This document shows positions 12,101 to 21,667 of a stretch of 64,000 bases of DNA, in pieces. Location of the stretch: the NCBI GenBank assembly GCA_038060895.1, contig JBBTCT010000011.1, forward strand, positions 1 through 64,000, read 5' to 3'. Each line of letters starts with the position of its first letter. Position 1 is the stretch's first letter. This stretch comes from Planctomycetota bacterium. GTDB lineage: Bacteria; Planctomycetota; MHYJ01; WSZJ01. Both the position numbers and the translations under genes were made by a program. The notes beneath the pieces were generated by a model. That model searched no databases and was not told where the DNA came from. It saw only the letters and a program-made list of their open reading frames with translations.

Positions 12101-12334
12101 GCCCGAAGCGGGGATGGCGTAAATCTCGGCGTGACCCTCCTCGGTCGCCGTGAACGAGATCCACTTCCCGTCTCGCGACAGCTGCGGGCGCGCCGCGGAA
12201 CCGGCGTTGACGGTGAGGCGCCGCGCGGCGCCGCCGGATGAAGGAACGGTCCAGAGGTCGTCCTCGGTGACGAAGACGATGACGTCGCCGGCGATGGTGG
12301 GCTGCCGGTAGTAGCCGTTGGTGGTCGTGGTCAT
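9131..12334 (-). CDS. tricorn-type S41 family peptidase
   Basis: GYYRQPTI..FVTEDDLW beta-propeller repeats, PDZ domain, VGYVHIPNMG, DVRHNGGG, AGSDGDIF, GKRTWGG. True start is MTTTTN, not 12883. Confidence 0.95.
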   Translation of the reverse strand: MTTTTNGYYRQPTIAGDVIVFVTEDDLWTVPSSGGAARRLTVNAGSAARPQLSRDGKWISFTATEEGHAEIYAIPASGGEARRLTWLGADSLALGWTPDGKSVAFASNAGQHFFRPMHGWTVGAEGGEPKAMNLGPAEAVSWGPRGARVIGRSMGDPARWKRYKGGTTGDLWIDLKGDGQFVRLVTLKGNLAWPHWVGDRIYFVSDHSGTGNLWSCTPKGEGLRRETNHRDFYVRFANTEGRRIVYQCGADLWVFDPRTRKSKKVAIEFGSPRAGRQRKFVDASRWLEDAHLHPEGHSICVTARGRAFSMAFWEGPVRQVAGDDTARARHTRFLRDGKGFVGVTDGPGDETIQVVRDGEKAKLLTKGKDIGRVLEFATSPSTDAVAFTNQRQELWVCSLKDGKLKRLDRSQYDRISGIAWSPDGKWIAYGFAATRQTSQIRVAEVKAAKVHEVTSRDFRDYGPSWDPEGKCLYFLSYRVLDPVYDTFYFDLGFQKGTRPHLVTLKKDQGSPFLPTPKPVVRWNRRVQDVKKEKKGPVPVEIDFDGISGRVVAFAVPEGRYGSIHGMRGKVAYTNFPVMGSLDQHWSQGGDPPARGTLEIWDYDKGKPETWCGGVTDVRIAGDLRTFVVRSGNRLRIVGADEKPRNEDDAPGRDSGWLELSRLRLSVTPSVEWEQMLREAWRLQRDQFWRADMAGMDWKGVYARYRPLLDRAGTRSELSDLIWEMQGELCTSHCYEIGGDYRWPPQWRLGLLGADLAKGKDGKWRIGHIVRGDSWDTEHDSPLARPGVNAKAGDKILEIAGRDLNGHAPGELLQHRAGHEVEIMLEDAKKKKRTVAIKTLRSEIPLRYRAWVESNRAWVHKNSGGKVGYVHIPNMGPDGYAEFHRYYFAEVDHDGLLVDVRHNGGGHVSQLLLEKLARRRLGYDVNRYGAPSPYPSDAPMGPMVALTDEFAGSDGDIFSHCFKLMKLGPLVGKRTWGGVVGIWPRHALVDGCVTTQPEFSFWFHDVGYAVENYGTDPDVEVENRPQDYAAGKDPQLERGLAEVTQLLKENPPLVPEFDKHPTGARGKN

Positions 12335-12358
12335 GGGGCGATAGAAAACCATAAACGG

Positions 12359-12387
12359 CGTTGAGTGTTGAGTTTTGAGTGTTGAGC
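12359..12387. repeat. heptamer tandem repeat (TTGAGTG/TTGAGTT)
   Basis: ttgagtg ttgagtt ttgagtg ttgag in the divergent intergenic region. Confidence 0.7.
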
Positions 12388-12416
12388 CGGGACGCCACCT
12401 CCATTGATAGAATGCG

Positions 12417-12809
12417 ATGGTGACAAGGACAGCCTTCGAAAGAATCGTGGAAGAAGCGATCTCTTCGCTCCCGGAGGAATTCCGCGAGCATCTGGAAAAT
12501 GTTGTCGTCGTGGTCGAGGATCGCCCGAGTTGCAAACAACGGGAAGCGCTGGGCCTCGAGCCGCACGAGGACCTGTTCGGCCTGTACGAAGGCGTGTCGC
12601 TGACGCGCAAGAGCGTCGAGAGCGTGGAAGTTCCGCGCCCGGACCGCGTCTGGGTTTTCCAGGAGCCGATCGAGCGCGCGTGCACGAGTCGAAAGCAGAT
12701 GATCCGCGAGATCCAGGACACGGTGGTCCACGAGATCGGCCACCACTTTGGCCTCGAGGAAGACGAGCTGGAGGCGATCGAGGACGAATACGAGTACGAC
12801 GATGAGTAG
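12417..12809 (+). CDS. minimal zincin-like metallopeptidase (Zincin_1 type)
   Basis: FERIVEEAISSLPEEF, LFGLYEG, TVVHEIGHHFG (HExxH). Confidence 0.9.
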   Translation: MVTRTAFERIVEEAISSLPEEFREHLENVVVVVEDRPSCKQREALGLEPHEDLFGLYEGVSLTRKSVESVEVPRPDRVWVFQEPIERACTSRKQMIREIQDTVVHEIGHHFGLEEDELEAIEDEYEYDDE

Positions 12810-13494
12810 CGAGCGCGAGCGCGACAAGTTCGGGTACATGCTGGAGGAGGTCCTGAAGGGCCTTCCGGGCAAGGCCGCGGCATTCCTCAAGAACGTCGCG
12901 ATCACCATCGAGGACCGGCCGCCGGCTCCCCCATGGCGGGAGGTCGACATCTTCGGGCAGCCCCGCGAGAGAAATCCGCAGTTCACGAGTTACTGGCGTG
13001 CGCCGGATTCGCGCGCCGCGGGAATTCCGGGAGAGATGATCACTCTGTACCGCGAGCCCATTCTGGAACGGGGCGGGGAGACGTCGGTCGCGATCGAAGA
13101 CGTCCTCCTGCGTGCCATCGAGTGGAAGCAGGGCCTTTCCAGCGGGGAGTTGAGCGCCCCGGTCAGCGAAGACCCCGACGACGACTCGATGGAGGACCCG
13201 GTTGACGACCCGCTCGCAGCGGACCTGAACGACAAGCTGGTAGAAGTCGCTGAAACGGAGATGGAGTTGCTGACAACCACGGCGCGCGACTGGCTGGACA
13301 GCGTCGAAATCGTCGCGGTGGACCTACCGGAGGCCGAAGGAGACCCGAACCGCCTCGCGGACTTTCCGGAGGCCGACGACGAGCCGAGGGCCCTCGTGCT
13401 GTACGCGCAAAACATCATGAAAGACGGGGAGCCGCCTGAACTGGTGATCCGCAGGCTTCTGAAGGAAGCGGCCTCGCGCGCAGGAACGTTGTAG
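12802..13494 (+). CDS. degenerate tandem zincin-like protein without HExxH
   Basis: Two repeats resembling the upstream zincin (LEEVLKGLP...NVAITIEDRP...ITLYREPI; LVEVAE...VEIVAVDLP...LVLYAQNI); no metal motif. Confidence 0.7.
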   Translation: MSSERERDKFGYMLEEVLKGLPGKAAAFLKNVAITIEDRPPAPPWREVDIFGQPRERNPQFTSYWRAPDSRAAGIPGEMITLYREPILERGGETSVAIEDVLLRAIEWKQGLSSGELSAPVSEDPDDDSMEDPVDDPLAADLNDKLVEVAETEMELLTTTARDWLDSVEIVAVDLPEAEGDPNRLADFPEADDEPRALVLYAQNIMKDGEPPELVIRRLLKEAASRAGTL

Positions 13495-13538
13495 GCTTTG
13501 CCCAGGGCGACGTCTTCACTCAACCGACGGAGGACCGC

Positions 13539-14489
13539 ATGCGACTGGTAACTCCCTGCCTCCTTGCCATCGCGCTCTCGGGCGCTGCGCACGCCGAAGA
13601 CCCGCGAGTGGCCTGGCTGCGGCAGTTCGAAGTGGATGCGGTGAAGTTCGACTCGACGATCGAAGAGCGCCTGAAGCGCGAAGAGTGGACGCAGCTCAAA
13701 GTGACGTTTCCCTCACCCGTCGAAACCAAAGTCTCCGAGAACAACACGGTCCACGCGCATCTCTTCCGCCCCGCCAAACCGACCGGCGCAGGTGTCGTCG
13801 TGCTGCCGATCTGGAAGGGACGAGGGCTGGACCTCGAGTTCATGATCGCCCAACGCCTGGCGAAGACAGGGTTGTCGGTGCTCGTGATGGAGCTGCCCTA
13901 CCAGTTCGACCGGGCGCCCGAGGGACACCGGAGCGGAGACATGACGGTGTCGTCGGACCTCGAGAGGACAGGCGAAGCGATGGTGCAGGGGGTGAAGGAC
14001 GTGAAGCGGTGCGCGCAGTGGCTCACGGAGCACGAACAGTGCGACGCGAAACGCCTCGGGATCATGGGAACGAGCCTGGGCGGCCACGTCGCGGCGCTGG
14101 TCTGGGCGACGGACCGGAAGTTCAAGGCGGGCGCGACGGTTCTCGCGGGCGGAAACGTGCACGAGCTTTTCTGGAACGGGTCGAACGAGACGAAGGAGAT
14201 CAAGGCCGAGCTCGAGGCGAGGGGAGTGACGCTGAAAGATCTCGAGCCTCTGATGAAGCCGTTCGACGCGATCACCTACGCGAGCAGCGAGCGGAAGGCG
14301 GGACTTCTCATGATTGCCGCGAAGGACGACCCGGTTGTGCCGATCGCGAACGTCCGGGCGCTGCGTGACGCGTTCGGGCAGCCGCGGCTCGTCACCTACC
14401 CGGGCACCCACTACACCGTCGCGCTTCGAATCGCGGACATCCTGGACGACCTCTCGGCCCACTTTGCAACGGAGCTGGCCGGGAAATGA
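13539..14489 (+). CDS. exported alpha/beta hydrolase
   Basis: Signal peptide; nucleophile elbow GTSLGG; DPVVP Asp; GTH His. Confidence 0.88.
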   Translation: MRLVTPCLLAIALSGAAHAEDPRVAWLRQFEVDAVKFDSTIEERLKREEWTQLKVTFPSPVETKVSENNTVHAHLFRPAKPTGAGVVVLPIWKGRGLDLEFMIAQRLAKTGLSVLVMELPYQFDRAPEGHRSGDMTVSSDLERTGEAMVQGVKDVKRCAQWLTEHEQCDAKRLGIMGTSLGGHVAALVWATDRKFKAGATVLAGGNVHELFWNGSNETKEIKAELEARGVTLKDLEPLMKPFDAITYASSERKAGLLMIAAKDDPVVPIANVRALRDAFGQPRLVTYPGTHYTVALRIADILDDLSAHFATELAGK

Positions 14490-15880
14490 GCGAGGATCCG
14501 CCGCCCGCGGAGACTCCCCCGGCCGCGGAAGTCCCGCTACCCGCCGCGCCTTCACCTTCGGAAATCCGGCGGGCAGTGCGGGCGGCAAGGCTGTCGGAAG
14601 TGCAGTCCGCACTGGAGCGGTTGTCGCCGATGGCGCGCGCAGAGGCTTTTCTGCAGCTCGGGTCGCGGGAGCGCGGACAGGTGCTGAAGGCCGCTCCGCC
14701 GGCGCTGGCGGCGTCCCTTCTCGCGGACTGCGACAGCGCGACGCTGGCCGACCTGCTCAGCACGTTCCGGCTCCGGGACCTGGCGCCGGCGCTTCGGCTG
14801 ATCGCGCCGGACGACCTGGCCGACCTGGTGCCGCGCCTGCCGGCCGCGAAGTCGGAGGAGGTCCTCGAGCAGCTGGAAGCGGGGCCGCGGGAAGAAGTCC
14901 GGCGATTGATGACGTTCGACCCCGAGTCGGCCGGCGGGATGATGACGCCGCGGTACCTGTCGGTCCCGGACATGATGACGGCGGGAAAGGCGCTGGAAAT
15001 GGTGAGGGAATCGGCGCCCGGGGTGTCGAGTTCCTACATCTATCTTGTCGATGCCGGCGGCCGGCTCGCCGGAGTCGTTCCCCTGCGAGGGCTCGTCCTG
15101 GCCGCCCCGCGCGACCCGGTGCGCGACTTCGGCTTGCGCGACGTCGAACGGCTCCGCACTTCGGCGCCCGCCTCCGAAGTCCTCGCGTCGTTCGAGCGTC
15201 GCCCGCTCCTCTCGATCCCCGTCGTGGACGACAAGGACCGGCTCGTCGGGATCGTGACGGCCGACGATGCCGTCGCGGTGCGGCAGCGCGCGGAAGAAAA
15301 GGTGATCCGGGGCGTGACCGGCGTGGACCCGCGCGAGGCCCTTCGCGCCACCCTGTCCGCTGCGGCAGGCCGCGCGCCGTGGCTGGGCGCGACGGTCGCC
15401 GCCGGGCTGGGGTGCGCCATGGTGGCGTCCGCGTTTCATCACGTCGTGACCCACCTCGCGGTCATCGGCGCATTCGTGCCGCTCGTCCTCGCGCTGGCGG
15501 ACAGCGTCGCGTCGCAGACGATGGCCGTCGTCCTTTCGGCGAGATCGGGAAGCTCCGCCCACGGCGCGGCCCTGCGCGCCCTCCTCTGGAAGGAACTCCG
15601 CGTCGGCATCCTCGTGAGCGTCACGGGTGCCGTCGCCGTCGCACTCTGCTCCGTCGCCTGGCACCGCCGCTTCGACCTCGCCCTCCTCATCGGCGGTTCC
15701 GTCGTCGTCGCCGGTGCCTGGGCCGCCTTCCTCGGCGCCGTCATGCCGGGAGTCCTCGAGCGCGCGAGCATCAAGCCGGAAGCGGCCGGCGGTCCCCTGA
15801 CGCTGGCCGTAGCGGACCTGTCGGCGCTGATCATCTTCCTCGGTTCGGCGGCGGCGTTCCTGTCGGTGCGGGGCGCCTGA
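14486..15880 (+). CDS. mgtE: MgtE-family magnesium transporter
   Basis: DDLADL, ESAGGMMT, CBS pair (YIYLVD, IPVVDDKDRLVGIVTADD), RAPWL and TM helices. Confidence 0.88.
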   Translation: MSEDPPPAETPPAAEVPLPAAPSPSEIRRAVRAARLSEVQSALERLSPMARAEAFLQLGSRERGQVLKAAPPALAASLLADCDSATLADLLSTFRLRDLAPALRLIAPDDLADLVPRLPAAKSEEVLEQLEAGPREEVRRLMTFDPESAGGMMTPRYLSVPDMMTAGKALEMVRESAPGVSSSYIYLVDAGGRLAGVVPLRGLVLAAPRDPVRDFGLRDVERLRTSAPASEVLASFERRPLLSIPVVDDKDRLVGIVTADDAVAVRQRAEEKVIRGVTGVDPREALRATLSAAAGRAPWLGATVAAGLGCAMVASAFHHVVTHLAVIGAFVPLVLALADSVASQTMAVVLSARSGSSAHGAALRALLWKELRVGILVSVTGAVAVALCSVAWHRRFDLALLIGGSVVVAGAWAAFLGAVMPGVLERASIKPEAAGGPLTLAVADLSALIIFLGSAAAFLSVRGA

Positions 15881-15911
15881 GAAGGGAGAACTCCCGGCTT
15901 CCGCCCGTTCC

Positions 15912-17534
15912 TTGCCCGTTCCCATGCCGCACCGCTACTCTTCCACACCCGACATGACCCTGGATTCTCTCTACTGCGAACTTTCTGACGGCCACGCTTC
16001 CGCCACGGTCGCCTCCCTCGCCGCGCTCGGCGCGTTCGTCCTCTCGTTCCTGATTTCGTCCTTCCTCATCCGGCCCATTCTGCGCGTGCTCTCCGCGCAC
16101 GAACCCGAGAAGGTCGCCGACGCACGCCGGCGCCGCGTGCGCTTTGCCGCAAACGGAAGCGGTTTCGCCCTGGCGTCGTTCGTCTTCTTCAACGCCACAA
16201 CGAATCCGGACGCGCGGTTCCACCGGCTGCCGTACCAGGTGAGCCTTCTTCTGCTGATCGTGCTCACCGGCTTCCTGCTCATGGAGCTGGCGCTCACCTT
16301 TTTCGCCGATTTCCTCCCCCAGCGGCGCCACCAGGCGCCCCGGTCGCAGTTCTTCAAGGACGTCGTGCGGACCCTGTTCCTCATCGGCCTGACGATCGCG
16401 GCCGCGAAGATGGCGTTTCCGCAGACGGACATCGGGCAGATCGTGACCACGTCCGCGATCCTTTCGATCGTCATCGGCCTCGCGCTCCAGGAGTCGCTGT
16501 CGAACGTCTTCAGCGGGCTCATGCTGACCATCGACGAACCCTACAAGCCGGGCGACTGGATCGAGGTCGATGGCCGCGAAGGCAAGATCCTCGACTCGAA
16601 CTGGCGCTCCGTGCGCGTGCTGACCCGGGACGACGACGTCATCTACGTCCCCAACAGCTCGATGGCCAAGCACAACGTGGTCAATTACACGGCCCCCACT
16701 CCCCTTCACCTGTGCCGCCGGACCATCGGCGTCGAGTACGGCGCGCCCCCCAACAAAGTGAAGCAGGTGCTGATCGGACTCATGCAGCACACCGAAGGAG
16801 TCCTCAAGGAACCGCTTCCAGACGTCTACGTGCTGGACTACGCCGACTTCGCCATCGTGTACGAGATGCGCTACTGGATCGACACGTACGCCGCGCGGAC
16901 CCGGATCGAGAGCGAGGTCATGCGCGGGGTGTGGTACCACCTGAAGCGCAACGGGATCGGCATTCCGTTCCCGATCCGGGAGGTGTTCCTCAAGCGGGAG
17001 AAGCCGGAGAAGCGGCCGGAGGAGATCGTGGGGCTTCTTCGCAAGGTCGATATCCTGGCGCCGCTGAAGGAGGAAGAGCTGCTCATGCTGGCGGAGGACC
17101 TGACGAGCCAGCTGTTCGCGAAGAACGAAATCGTCTGCCGGCAGGGGGACGAGGGGTCCACCTTTTACATCATCCGGACCGGGCGCGTTTCGGTGCGGCT
17201 GAAACAGATGGACAGCGGCGAGACGGAGGTCGCACAGCTGGCTGCGGGCGCGTATTTCGGCGAGATGTCCCTCCTGACCGGCGAGCCGCGGAGTTCGACC
17301 GTGAAGGCGGCCGAGGACTGCGAACTGCTCTGCCTCGATCGCGAGAGTTTCGCCGTTCTCCTGCGCGACAACCCGCCGATCGCGGCGACGATCAGCGAAG
17401 TCATCGCGCTGCGCGCGGCGGCGAAGGAACAGCACATGAAGGAGCAGAACACGAAAGTGTCGAGGAAATCGGACCATGACGAGCGGAAGAGCCGGATCTT
17501 TGAGTCGATCAAGATGATTTTCAGGTTCCGATAG
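15912..17534 (+). CDS. MscS mechanosensitive channel with C-terminal cyclic-nucleotide-binding domain
   Basis: IGLALQESLSNVFSG, PYKPGDWI, GIGIPFPIRE; cNMP motif FGEMSLLTGEPRSSTV. Start may be 15924 or 15954. Confidence 0.92.
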   Translation: MPVPMPHRYSSTPDMTLDSLYCELSDGHASATVASLAALGAFVLSFLISSFLIRPILRVLSAHEPEKVADARRRRVRFAANGSGFALASFVFFNATTNPDARFHRLPYQVSLLLLIVLTGFLLMELALTFFADFLPQRRHQAPRSQFFKDVVRTLFLIGLTIAAAKMAFPQTDIGQIVTTSAILSIVIGLALQESLSNVFSGLMLTIDEPYKPGDWIEVDGREGKILDSNWRSVRVLTRDDDVIYVPNSSMAKHNVVNYTAPTPLHLCRRTIGVEYGAPPNKVKQVLIGLMQHTEGVLKEPLPDVYVLDYADFAIVYEMRYWIDTYAARTRIESEVMRGVWYHLKRNGIGIPFPIREVFLKREKPEKRPEEIVGLLRKVDILAPLKEEELLMLAEDLTSQLFAKNEIVCRQGDEGSTFYIIRTGRVSVRLKQMDSGETEVAQLAAGAYFGEMSLLTGEPRSSTVKAAEDCELLCLDRESFAVLLRDNPPIAATISEVIALRAAAKEQHMKEQNTKVSRKSDHDERKSRIFESIKMIFRFR

Positions 17535-17580
17535 CCCGCCCGCCTGCCCGCTCGCCCGCCCCGCTCGATATACTGCCGCC

Positions 17581-18852
17581 ATGCGATTCCTCACACCCCT
17601 GTTGTTCGCCCTGGCGCTGTCCGTCCACGCCGACGAAGTCCACCTGAAGAATGGCGGCACTGTCACCGGGACCGTCATCGACGAGGGCGACCCCGTTGTC
17701 ATCAAGACCCTGGGCGGCGGGACCATCAAGATCGCCCGCGACAAGATCGACAACATCGAGAAAAAGGCGCTTCCCGCCGTCGCGAATCCCGACGCGCCGC
17801 CCCGCGAACGGAAGATCGTCGCTTCGCCTAAATACTCCGACATCCTCAACGGTTTCGCCGTCCGCCCTCCGCCGGGATGGAAGAAGATCGCCTCTTCGAA
17901 GAATTCCAAGGCGACGTTTGCGTTCCCGAACGCCGAGACGCCCTTCAAGATGGACGTCTGGATCATCAAGAGCGACGCGAGCCTCGGCTCGCTTCATGAG
18001 ACGTTCGCGAAGACGTACCGCGGCGCGTTCAAGGAGTACGTATCGAAGTTTGAGAAGGGCGCGCAGCTCGGGAAACTCCCCGCCAAGGTCTTCGCCGGGA
18101 CGTTCACCGGCGAAAAGGGCGACGCGATGGGGCACTTTCACGCGCTGGGAGGCCCCGAGAAGGGCATGTTCTTCCTCGTCTTTTTCACCGGCGCGGCCGC
18201 TAGGCTGGACGGGTTTGTCCCGGACTTCGAAGAAGCGCTCGCGTCGTTCGAGCTAGTGCCGAAGCCGGACCTGACGGAAGCGGAGATGAAGAAGTTCATG
18301 GATGCGTACTCGAAGGGCGTGGAGATGGTGCACGAGGGCAAAGAAGTGGAGGCGGTGGCGCAATTCGACATCTGTGCGGAGCTTCTGCCAAAACACGCCG
18401 ACACGCACCAGAACCTGGCGATCCTGACCGCGCGGATCGGCGAGACGAAGCGCGCGATCGAGGAGTACACGACGCTCGCGAAGCTCCGGCCCGACGACGC
18501 CCAGCCTCTGTACGACCTCGGCACGGTGCTCTTCAAGGTGAACCGCTACCCCGACGCGCTCGCTGCGTTCGAGAAGGCGCTCGACCTCGCGCCGGACTAC
18601 GTCGAGGCCTGGATCAACATCGGCGCCGTTCGCTCGCAGACGGCCGAGTACGAGAAGGCGATCCAGGCGTTCAAGACGGCCATCGAGATCGACCCCAAGT
18701 GCGTACCGGCCTGGTTCAACCTCGCCAACGTCGAGCACATCCGGAACAACTTCAAGGAAGCCAAGGATGCGTTCGAGGCGGTGCTCAAGATCCAGCCGGA
18801 TCATTCGGGCGCGAAGGATGGGCTGAAGAAGTTGAAGCAGGAAGGGCACTAG
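17581..18852 (+). CDS. exported TPR protein with N-terminal LKNG module and PsbP-like middle domain
   Basis: Signal peptide, DEVHLKNGGTVTG, GFAVRPPPGW, several TPR repeats at the C-terminus. Confidence 0.85.
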   Translation: MRFLTPLLFALALSVHADEVHLKNGGTVTGTVIDEGDPVVIKTLGGGTIKIARDKIDNIEKKALPAVANPDAPPRERKIVASPKYSDILNGFAVRPPPGWKKIASSKNSKATFAFPNAETPFKMDVWIIKSDASLGSLHETFAKTYRGAFKEYVSKFEKGAQLGKLPAKVFAGTFTGEKGDAMGHFHALGGPEKGMFFLVFFTGAAARLDGFVPDFEEALASFELVPKPDLTEAEMKKFMDAYSKGVEMVHEGKEVEAVAQFDICAELLPKHADTHQNLAILTARIGETKRAIEEYTTLAKLRPDDAQPLYDLGTVLFKVNRYPDALAAFEKALDLAPDYVEAWINIGAVRSQTAEYEKAIQAFKTAIEIDPKCVPAWFNLANVEHIRNNFKEAKDAFEAVLKIQPDHSGAKDGLKKLKQEGH

Positions 18853-18876
18853 GCACCCGGTCGGTGCCTCCGCTGA

Positions 18877-19368
18877 TTAAAGCACGATGAGCCGGCCGCC
18901 TTTAGGCCAGACGCCGCTCCAGCCACACGGGAAGTGGCCCTTCACAATCCAGTCCGCCAGTCCGCCGTACCACCCGGGCCCGCGATCGCCGAGGAACTCG
19001 GCTTCGAGGAGGGCGTGCTGGACGGTCCAGGCAAGGCTCGTGACGAAAACAGGGGACGGGGTCTGCGTCTGAATGACGTCCACGGCCTTGCGCGGAAGGA
19101 GATCCGCCGTGGCCTGGAACATCTCGGCCACGGCCAGCTGCCACTCCTGCGCTTCCTCAGGATCGACCTTCGCGACCTGCTCGAACAGGAGATTCGCGGT
19201 GACACGGCAGATCTGCTCCCAGGACTCGGCGCGGCAGGCGGTGAAGGCGTCGGGCCAATTGGAGAGGAAGAGCACGTGCTCGTCGGAATTCGCGGCCTGG
19301 GATCCCGCGTTGCGGAACCACTTCGCGGACTCGAGGGCGTTTTTGAGGAGGGCTGCGGCGTCGTTCAT
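18877..19368 (-). CDS. hypothetical protein (GHFPCGW motif)
   Basis: 163 aa with normal codon usage; C-terminal GHFPCGWSGVWPKGGRLIVL. Confidence 0.7.
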   Translation of the reverse strand: MNDAAALLKNALESAKWFRNAGSQAANSDEHVLFLSNWPDAFTACRAESWEQICRVTANLLFEQVAKVDPEEAQEWQLAVAEMFQATADLLPRKAVDVIQTQTPSPVFVTSLAWTVQHALLEAEFLGDRGPGWYGGLADWIVKGHFPCGWSGVWPKGGRLIVL

Positions 19369-19491
19369 GGGTGAGGCTGGCGTTCTTTGTTCGAGGGAAA
19401 GGGAAAGGGCCGAGCTTGCAAGGATAGCGGGGGCTCACTACCCTTCCCACCTCTTCGAACCTTCACAGCATTCACGCGATCAAGGGGATCT

Positions 19492-20838
19492 ATGCCGATC
19501 GAGATGGACAAGATCGTCAACTTGTGCAAACGGCGCGGGTTCATCTTCCAGAGCTCCGAAATCTACGGGGGCCAGGAGTCGTGCTGGGACTACGGGCCGC
19601 TCGGGGCCGAGTTGAAGCGCAACGTCAAGGCGGCGTGGTGGCGCGACATGGTGCAGCGGAGACCCGACATGGTCGGGCTCGACGCTTCGATTCTCATGAA
19701 TCCGCGGGTCTGGAAGGCGTCGGGGCACGTCGACAACTTCAGCGACCCGATGGTGGACTGCAAGGGGTGCAAGAAGCGCTTCCGCGCCGACCACCTCCCC
19801 TCTGCCCGGCCCGACGCGGTGACGCACGCGAAGTCGGACAAGAAGGCGGACAAGTGCCCTTCGTGCGGCGGAGAGCTGACCGAGCCGCGCAACTTCAACC
19901 TCATGTTCAAGACGTTCATGGGGCCCGTCGAAGATTCCAGCGCGGTCATCTACATGCGTCCCGAGACGGCCCAGGGGATCTTCGTCAATTTCGAAAACGT
20001 GCAGCAGACAATGCGCAAGAAGCTGCCGTTCGGGATCGGACAGATCGGCAAGGCGTTCCGCAACGAGATTACGCCGGGGAACTTCACGTTCCGGACCCGC
20101 GAGTTCGAGCAGATGGAGATCGAGTACTTCGTCAAGCCGGGGGCGGACGAGGCGGCGCACAAGGAATGGCTCGAGACGCGGATGTCCTGGTATCCGAAGT
20201 ACGGGATGAAGAAGGAGAACCTCAAGCTTCGCGAGCACGCGAAGGACGAGCTGGCCCACTACGCGAAGGGGTGCTACGACATCGAGTACGCGTTCCCGAT
20301 GGGGTGGAGCGAGCTCGAAGGAATCGCGAACCGCACGGATTTCGACCTGAAAGCGCACGCGGCGGCGAGCGGGAAGACGCTTTCGTACTTCGAAGAAGAG
20401 ACAAAGACGCACATCGTCCCCTACGTCATCGAACCGTCGGCCGGAGCCGACCGCGGGACGCTCGCGTTCCTGATCGACAGCTACGAAGAGCAGCCGGTGA
20501 AGGATGAGTCGCGCATTGTGCTTCACCTTCACCATGCGCTCGCCCCGGTCAAGGTCGCGGTCCTCCCTCTCAAGAAGAACGAGCCGCGCATCGTGGACAT
20601 CGCCAAGGGGCTCGCGGAGACGCTGCGCCGCGACCACACGGTCTGGTACGACGACACGGGAAACATCGGAAAGCTCTACCGCCGGCAGGACGAAATCGGG
20701 ACTCCCTTCTGCGTGACCATCGATTTCGACACCATCGAGAACGGAACCGCGACGGTGCGCGAGCGGGACGCGATGACCCAGGAACGGATCGCCGTGAAGG
20801 AAATGCCCGCATACTTCGCCGAGAAACTTCGCTGTTAG
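19492..20838 (+). CDS. glyQS: glycine--tRNA ligase (homodimeric class II)
   Basis: [61 protein letters not shown]. Confidence 0.97.
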   Translation: MPIEMDKIVNLCKRRGFIFQSSEIYGGQESCWDYGPLGAELKRNVKAAWWRDMVQRRPDMVGLDASILMNPRVWKASGHVDNFSDPMVDCKGCKKRFRADHLPSARPDAVTHAKSDKKADKCPSCGGELTEPRNFNLMFKTFMGPVEDSSAVIYMRPETAQGIFVNFENVQQTMRKKLPFGIGQIGKAFRNEITPGNFTFRTREFEQMEIEYFVKPGADEAAHKEWLETRMSWYPKYGMKKENLKLREHAKDELAHYAKGCYDIEYAFPMGWSELEGIANRTDFDLKAHAAASGKTLSYFEEETKTHIVPYVIEPSAGADRGTLAFLIDSYEEQPVKDESRIVLHLHHALAPVKVAVLPLKKNEPRIVDIAKGLAETLRRDHTVWYDDTGNIGKLYRRQDEIGTPFCVTIDFDTIENGTATVRERDAMTQERIAVKEMPAYFAEKLRC

Positions 20839-20848
20839 GAGAGATCCC

Positions 20849-21667
20849 GTGAAGACTCTGCTCGCGCTTCTCGCCCTTGCCTCTTCCTCCTTCGCCGGCG
20901 GCCTGCTCGATCCCAGCGACAAGGCCATCGACGAATTCACGATCGACGTCGAAGGACGCTACTGGTTCGCGACCCTCTCCGGCGAAATCAAGGCCGACAC
21001 GAGCATCTTCACCGGTTCGCACATCGACCTCGTGGACGAACTCGACTTCGAGGAGCCGGTCGACCCGCTGATCGAGGGCGTCCTTCGGGCCCGCATGAAG
21101 AAGATCCAGATCCGGGCCGCCTATTTCCAGGTGTCCTGGGACGAAACGACGCGGCTCGAGAAAACCATCCGCTTCAAGGACCTCGTGTTCTCCGCCAGCA
21201 CGATTGTCGAGGCGAACGCGACCGTCCGGTTCGGTGCGCTGGACGCGATGTTCCTGATCGTCGATACCGGAAACTCCAAGGAAATCGGCCTGGAAATCGG
21301 CATCGGGATCGGGGGCCGGTACCTCTCGTTCGAAGGCGCCATCGAGAATGCCCTGACCGGCGTCGATGAGAGCATTTCGCGGACCGGCATCGTCCCGGTC
21401 GTTTCCGTTTTCGCGAGCGTGGCGTTCCTCAACTGCTTCCGGATCGACGTCGAGGCGTCGGGAATGAAGATTCCCGGGTTCTTCCCGAAAATCGAAGGCA
21501 CGTTTCTCGACGCATCCATCGAGGCCCGCGTGTACCTCGTCAGTTTTCTCTACATCGCAGGCGGCTATCGATTCATCCTGCTGGATGTCGAGTGGGACGC
21601 GAGCGCGGACGTGGAGTTCGAAACGCGCCTGCAGGGCTTTTTCGTGGGGGCCGGCATTACTTTCTAA
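20849..21667 (+). CDS. outer-membrane beta-barrel protein
   Basis: Signal peptide, alternating amphipathic strands, C-terminal GFFVGAGITF ending in Phe (BAM signal). Confidence 0.75.
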   Translation: MKTLLALLALASSSFAGGLLDPSDKAIDEFTIDVEGRYWFATLSGEIKADTSIFTGSHIDLVDELDFEEPVDPLIEGVLRARMKKIQIRAAYFQVSWDETTRLEKTIRFKDLVFSASTIVEANATVRFGALDAMFLIVDTGNSKEIGLEIGIGIGGRYLSFEGAIENALTGVDESISRTGIVPVVSVFASVAFLNCFRIDVEASGMKIPGFFPKIEGTFLDASIEARVYLVSFLYIAGGYRFILLDVEWDASADVEFETRLQGFFVGAGITF

